Shown here: positions 36,199 through 40,973 of the stretch, in pieces
Position numbering within the stretch: the stretch's first letter is position 1
How the letters are laid out: each line of letters starts with the position of its first letter
Source of the DNA: an uncultured bacterium
GTDB lineage: Bacteria > Omnitrophota > Gorgyraeia > Duberdicusellales > 4484-171
Direction: 5' to 3'
Assembly (NCBI GenBank): GCA_913050175.1
Contig: CAJXAF010000004.1
Coordinates: 1-40,973, forward strand
Length of the DNA stretch: 40,973 bases
Notes under the pieces: generated by a model
The model's input: the letters and a program-made list of their open reading frames with translations, nothing else
What the model was told of the DNA's origin: nothing
Databases searched by the model: none
Position numbers and translations under genes: made by a program

Positions 36199-38160
36199 AT
36201 GGATCAAAAATCAAAAAAAATTGAAACAGTCTTAAGCGAAAACCGGATGTTTAAACCCTCTGAGTCCTTTCAAGCCAAAGCCCACATATCCTCTATGCAA
36301 GAGTATGAAAGTCTTTATAAAAAAAGTATCAAAGATAACCTCGGTTTTTGGGAATCAATTGCCAGTGAACTTACTTGGTTTAAAAAATGGGATAGTGTTC
36401 TTGATGAAAACCAAGCCCCTTTTTATAAGTGGTTTGTCAATGGTAAGACTAATATTTCTTATAATTGTTTAGACCGCCACCTAGATGATGCCACTCGTAA
36501 TAAAGCTGCCCTCATCTGGGAAGGAGAGTTAGGAGATCAACGAACTCTAACATATAATCAATTGTTTCGGGAAGTAAATCGGTTTGCCAACGCTTTGAAA
36601 AATCTTGGTATTCAGCGAGGCGACAGAGTTGCAATCTATCTACCAATGATTCCCGAGCTTGCCATTAGTCTGCTTGCCTGTGCCCGGATTGGAGCTATCC
36701 ACTCTGTTATATTTGCCGGCTTCTCCTCTGAATCGATTCGTGACCGGATCCATGACTGTGAGGCAAAACTTGTAATTACTTCCGACGGCGGTTGGCGAAA
36801 AGGAAACATCCTGCCTCTAAAAAATATTGTTGATGAAGCTGTAAAGGATTGCCCCTCAATAAAACACATTATTGTAGTAAAAAGAAGCCATAGCGACCCC
36901 TTCCCTTGTCATATCAAAGAAGGTAGAGATCATTGGTATCATCGCCTAATAGATGGAGTTTCCGGGGAGTGTCAAGCTGAAGAAATGGATAGCGAAGATA
37001 TGCTTTTTCTCTTATATACCAGTGGTACTACCGGAAAACCCAAAGGGGTAATCCATACCATTGGTGGATACATGACCTATACCTACCTTACAACAAAATA
37101 TGTATTTGACCTAAAACCGGAAGATATATACTGGTGTACTGCTGATATTGGCTGGATTACCGGTCATAGTTACATTGTTTACGGCCCGCTTTTAAATGGT
37201 GCTACTGTCTTCATGTATGAAGGTGCACCCAATTATCCCGACAAAGGTCGTTTATGGAAAATTATCGAAGATTACTCCATAAGTATATTTTATACAGCTC
37301 CAACTGCTATTAGAGCCTTTATGAAATGGGGAGATAACTGGCCTAACAAATATAATCTTTCATCCTTGCGTCTCTTGGGAACAGTTGGCGAATCAATTAA
37401 TCCCGAAGCTTGGATGTGGTACCATCAAATAATCGGCAAAGAGAAGTGTCCGATTGTAGATACCTGGTGGCAGACAGAAACCGGTGGAATCATGATTACT
37501 CCTCTGCCTGGTTGCACTCCGCTTAAACCAGGAAGTGCAACTTTACCTTTTTTTGGCATTGAAGCAGAAGTTGTCTCTGAGGAAGGTAAAGATACCGAAG
37601 CAGGAATACTTGCTATTTCTAAACCCTGGCCGGGAATGCTCCGGGGAATTTATGGAGACTCAGAGAGATACAAAGAGACTTACTGGTCTAAATGGCCTAA
37701 TAAGTACTTTCCCGGTGATGGAGCCAAGAAAGATAAAGATGGCTACTTCTGGATTCTGGGAAGGATTGACGATGTTGTAAACGTCTCCGGTCATCGCATT
37801 GGCACGGCCGAACTTGAAAGTATATTTGTTGAGCACAAAAAAGTAGCCGAATCAGCAGTTATCGGCATTGATCATGATTTAAAAGGCCAATGTTTAATTG
37901 GCTTTATTAGTTTAAAAGACAGTGTCAAAGCCACAGATGATTTAGCTTCCGAGTTAAAAGATTGGATTGGTAAGAAGATTGGTCGCTTTGCTATCCCTGA
38001 AAAAATTATTTTCTCGCAAGATTTACCAAAAACTCGTTCAGGAAAAATTATGCGCCGACTCTTACGTGACATTGCCAGTGGACGCACTTTGGGCAGTGTA
38101 ACTACTTTAGCCGATGCCGGTGTGGTAGAACAGCTAAAAGTAAAATACGAAGAGGATTAA
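36199..38160 (+). CDS. acs: Acetyl-CoA synthetase
   Basis: [42 protein letters not shown]. Confidence 0.97.
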   Translation: MDQKSKKIETVLSENRMFKPSESFQAKAHISSMQEYESLYKKSIKDNLGFWESIASELTWFKKWDSVLDENQAPFYKWFVNGKTNISYNCLDRHLDDATRNKAALIWEGELGDQRTLTYNQLFREVNRFANALKNLGIQRGDRVAIYLPMIPELAISLLACARIGAIHSVIFAGFSSESIRDRIHDCEAKLVITSDGGWRKGNILPLKNIVDEAVKDCPSIKHIIVVKRSHSDPFPCHIKEGRDHWYHRLIDGVSGECQAEEMDSEDMLFLLYTSGTTGKPKGVIHTIGGYMTYTYLTTKYVFDLKPEDIYWCTADIGWITGHSYIVYGPLLNGATVFMYEGAPNYPDKGRLWKIIEDYSISIFYTAPTAIRAFMKWGDNWPNKYNLSSLRLLGTVGESINPEAWMWYHQIIGKEKCPIVDTWWQTETGGIMITPLPGCTPLKPGSATLPFFGIEAEVVSEEGKDTEAGILAISKPWPGMLRGIYGDSERYKETYWSKWPNKYFPGDGAKKDKDGYFWILGRIDDVVNVSGHRIGTAELESIFVEHKKVAESAVIGIDHDLKGQCLIGFISLKDSVKATDDLASELKDWIGKKIGRFAIPEKIIFSQDLPKTRSGKIMRRLLRDIASGRTLGSVTTLADAGVVEQLKVKYEED

Positions 38161-38161
38161 T

Positions 38162-38563
38162 CTACTTTCTCGCCTTATTTAAAGCATCTAAAACAGCTGC
38201 TTTTATATTATTGGTGCTTATCGTAGCGGCGGTTATAGCATCTACATCCAAAGACTGTTCATAAATGATTCTCTGAGGAATTTTATTATAAGCGATAGCC
38301 GCGATTGGATAAGTATAGAATTTGTTTATTACCCTTATATCGTCAATTCTGCCACCTTTGAGAGTAACTTCCAACTTTACCTTGCAGATAACATTGCTAT
38401 TGTTGCCAATATACTTACCATCTGCTAATTGAGCAAAGGGTTCTATTTTCTTCATTAAAGCCGTATTTCTTGATATTGCACAACCGGAAATAACTAATAT
38501 CGATATAATGGCAAATACAATTATAATTTTATTTGTAACTAACTTTGAACTACGTCTCCACAC
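38162..38563 (-). CDS. FMN-binding domain lipoprotein
   Basis: ISGC lipobox; DGKYIG; VDAITAATIS flavinylation-type motif; AAGGAG RBS before GTG. Confidence 0.8.
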   Translation of the reverse strand: MWRRSSKLVTNKIIIVFAIISILVISGCAISRNTALMKKIEPFAQLADGKYIGNNSNVICKVKLEVTLKGGRIDDIRVINKFYTYPIAAIAYNKIPQRIIYEQSLDVDAITAATISTNNIKAAVLDALNKARK

Positions 38564-38768
38564 TGTCTCTGCTCCTTAGAACTTTCACTTTTAAAGTTAT
38601 CGAAGACACCGCACAAAAGCAATTAGTTGAATTAACCCCGGCTAAGGTTATTAAAATTATATCATAGCGATGATTATCCCTAAGAGGATATTTAATAACT
38701 GGATTTTTTGGGTGTAGTTTTTTGAAATTGACCATTTTAGAACTTAGAGGTATATTTAACCTATACTT

Positions 38769-39209
38769 ATGAGTAAGACTTTCAAGAAAATACATTTCCT
38801 CATTTTACTAGTTGCTCTAACTACCCCATGCTCAAAAATAGCAAACGGCGCTGGGCTTCCTAAGAATCACCAGTATTTATACCAGTCTTGGCGTCGTTCT
38901 TATGAAGAGGAAACATCAACCGATTTTATCTATATATATCGACTAGAAAGCTATGAATTCCCCCCGAGTAGGTTCCGTGATCACTATATTTTTAGAGAAG
39001 ATGGTTACTGTAAGTGGTATGTTTTAAGTCCTGACGACGGACATTACTTTAAATGGGGCAGATGGGAAACTTCAGAAAACGACGCCCAGGTGATTTTGAT
39101 ATATGATGAAGAAGAACAATTACAGAATTTGAGATCATTTATAATTTTAGATCTACAAAAAGATCTCTTGAAAATCGAACCAGTTGAGCATAAGTGGACC
39201 CCATACTAG
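38769..39209 (+). CDS. Hypothetical exported protein
   Basis: Signal-like N-terminus; TTGACC-N17-TATATT promoter at 38728-38756. Confidence 0.7.
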   Translation: MSKTFKKIHFLILLVALTTPCSKIANGAGLPKNHQYLYQSWRRSYEEETSTDFIYIYRLESYEFPPSRFRDHYIFREDGYCKWYVLSPDDGHYFKWGRWETSENDAQVILIYDEEEQLQNLRSFIILDLQKDLLKIEPVEHKWTPY

Positions 39210-39273
39210 CCCTATGCCTAAACAAGCTGTTTTAATACTTGCCTAGCCTGCCTTAACATGATACAGTCCTATT

Positions 39274-39855
39274 ATGCCTTCCGAAGAAATTCAAACTCTT
39301 AACGCTGAAATTGATGCCTGCCGCAAATGTTCCTTAGGCAACAGCCGTTTAAATTCCGTTCCCGGTGAAGGAAGCTTTAACTCTAGAGTTATGTTTGTCG
39401 GTGAGGCTCCGGGAGCAACCGAAGACAGTCAAGGCCGCCCCTTTTGCGGCAAAGCCGGGGGAGTACTTGATGAGCTTTTGGCAATAGCTAATTTAAAACG
39501 CCAAGAAGTTTTTATCTGTAACATCTTAAAATGCCGTCCCCAAAACAACCGCAATCCCCATGAGACCGAAATCCAAACCTGTACGCCTTACCTTGACCGG
39601 CAAATTGAAATTATAAAACCGAGCCTCCTCTGTTGTCTAGGCAACTTTGCCGCTTCCTATACCATGAAAAAGTTTGGCTTGGGAGCAAAAGTCCAGGGGA
39701 TAACGAAAATACACGGAAATATTTTTATTGCCCCGGTTTCTTACGGAAAGATAAAAATCATGCCTTTATTACACCCGGCCGTAGTAACTTACGACCGCAA
39801 TAAAATGGCAACTCTAAAAGAAGACTTCCTTCAGTTAAAAAATATCCCTAAATAA
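39274..39855 (+). CDS. Family 4 uracil-DNA glycosylase
   Basis: CRKC, GEAPG..ED..GRPF.G, KCRP..NR.P, HPA. Confidence 0.93.
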   Translation: MPSEEIQTLNAEIDACRKCSLGNSRLNSVPGEGSFNSRVMFVGEAPGATEDSQGRPFCGKAGGVLDELLAIANLKRQEVFICNILKCRPQNNRNPHETEIQTCTPYLDRQIEIIKPSLLCCLGNFAASYTMKKFGLGAKVQGITKIHGNIFIAPVSYGKIKIMPLLHPAVVTYDRNKMATLKEDFLQLKNIPK

Positions 39856-40973
39856 TTAAACGTATAAAAGCTGACGTTGATTTTTAATAGCTTCATCAGC
39901 CAGATACTCATCGAAACTAATGTCTATACGGTCAATAGAACCCTTTGGCGTGATCTCAATAATACGAGTAGCTACGGTTTGGACAAGCTGATGATCGTGA
40001 GAAGAAAAAAGAATAGTTCCTTTATACCTTTCTAAGCCGTCATTTAAAGCATAGATTGATTCTAAATCCAAGTGGTTAGTCGGCTCATCAAGAATCAAAG
40101 TATTTGGCTGCATAAGCATCATCCGGGAAAGCATACACCTAACTCTCTCCCCTCCGGAAAGAACATTGACCGGCTTGAATACATCTTCTCCGCTAAAGAG
40201 CATACGCCCGAGGAATCCCCGGATAAAATTTTCATCGCTGTTAGCGCTATACTGGCGAAGCCATTCTAAGATACTTGAATTGGTATTAAAAAATTCTGTA
40301 TTATCCTTGGGGTAATATGCCCTCTTAGTTGATATGCCCCATTTAAAGCTTCCCTTCTCAGCCTGGTTTTTCCCCGCTAAGACCTCAAATAAAGCCGTCT
40401 TAATTAAATTATTGGGGCCGACAAAAGCAATCTTTTCGCCTTTCTCTGCTCTAATGTTTAGATCTTTAAGCAAAACTTTATTGTCTAGGGATATGATTAA
40501 ATTATTAATATCCAATAAATCATTTCCGGCTTCGTTTTCCTGTTCAAAATTAATATAGGGATATTTACGTGAGGATGGCTTGATATCCTCTAAGGTAAGA
40601 TTCTCTAACATCTTTTTGCGGCTGGTAGCCTGCTTTGATTTAGAAGCATTAGCACTAAAGCGGGCGATAAACTCCTTAAGCTCTTTACGTTTGACTTCGA
40701 TTTTTTTATTAGATTCGCTGCGCTGTTTTAAGGCCAGCTGGCTTGATTGGGACCAGAAACTAAAATTTCCCGGATAAAGCTCTATCTTGTCAAAATCAAT
40801 ATCAGCTATATAAGTACAGACCTTATCCAAAAAATGTCGATCATGGGAAACCACAATAGCAGTATTCTCAAACTCAGTTAAGAACTCCTCCAGCCACATA
40901 CTTGTTCTGATATCCAAATGGTTAGTTGGCTCATCCAAGAGTAAGATATCGGGATTACCGAATAAAGCCTGGG
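39856..40973 (-). CDS. ABC-F family ATPase (YbiT-like), 5' end outside window
   Basis: Frame open to the window edge (QALFGNPDILLLDEPTNHLD); two NBDs, linker SANASKSKQATSR, LSGGE. Confidence 0.92.
   Translation of the reverse strand, partial: QALFGNPDILLLDEPTNHLDIRTSMWLEEFLTEFENTAIVVSHDRHFLDKVCTYIADIDFDKIELYPGNFSFWSQSSQLALKQRSESNKKIEVKRKELKEFIARFSANASKSKQATSRKKMLENLTLEDIKPSSRKYPYINFEQENEAGNDLLDINNLIISLDNKVLLKDLNIRAEKGEKIAFVGPNNLIKTALFEVLAGKNQAEKGSFKWGISTKRAYYPKDNTEFFNTNSSILEWLRQYSANSDENFIRGFLGRMLFSGEDVFKPVNVLSGGERVRCMLSRMMLMQPNTLILDEPTNHLDLESIYALNDGLERYKGTILFSSHDHQLVQTVATRIIEITPKGSIDRIDISFDEYLADEAIKNQRQLLYV

Noticed and set aside
37381-37410. acs GESINP instead of the usual GEPINP
   Set aside because: Single substitution in an otherwise intact enzyme; cannot be interpreted without alignment or reads
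38550-38795. 81-aa minus-strand ORF, and the other short ORF-track entries nested in or antisense to long genes
   Set aside because: No RBS or recognisable motifs; they overlap well-supported genes or promoters
1-40973. CRISPR array, prophage, IS element or integrase at tRNA-Gln
   Set aside because: No spaced repeats, phage genes, transposase, integrase or duplicated tRNA 3' end seen by eye

Overview
AT-rich bacterial chromosomal window with most genes on the minus strand. No CRISPR array, transposase, integrase or rRNA is visible. The gene content (zinc-ribbon SpoVG next to ispE/tRNA-Gln/glmU, GT9 heptosyltransferase, Hcp, superoxide reductase, TreT) suggests an anaerobic diderm, possibly PVC superphylum such as Omnitrophota; this is inference only. 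Left: housekeeping block hisG, 29-aa basic ORF missed by the ORF track, TPR protein, split transketolase, ispE, spoVG, tRNA-Gln, glmU. Then a GT9, a CPBP-TPR protease, a frameshifted membrane gene and a solute-binding protein/histidine kinase/inositol monophosphatase operon. Middle: nitrosative/oxidative stress island (hcp, Tat-exported SOR, SagB-like nitroreductase, Rrf2, hemerythrin, Cys-rich protein, divergent HCF101-like Mrp). Right: accessory genes, a ferritin-like/membrane/B12-radical-SAM operon, a DUF5674-like pair/ECF sigma/ZAS anti-sigma/second spoVG module, acs, UDG and a partial ABC-F. The best sequence-level signals are (1) a duplicated ECF-type promoter TGAAAG-N17-CGTCTATTAAA before the anti-sigma and spoVG2, (2) a shared TGATAC-N7-GTRTYA operator inside the rrf2 and hcp promoters, and (3) two related covarying palindromes bracketing the ECF module. 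All protein family calls come from motif recognition by eye, not database searches.
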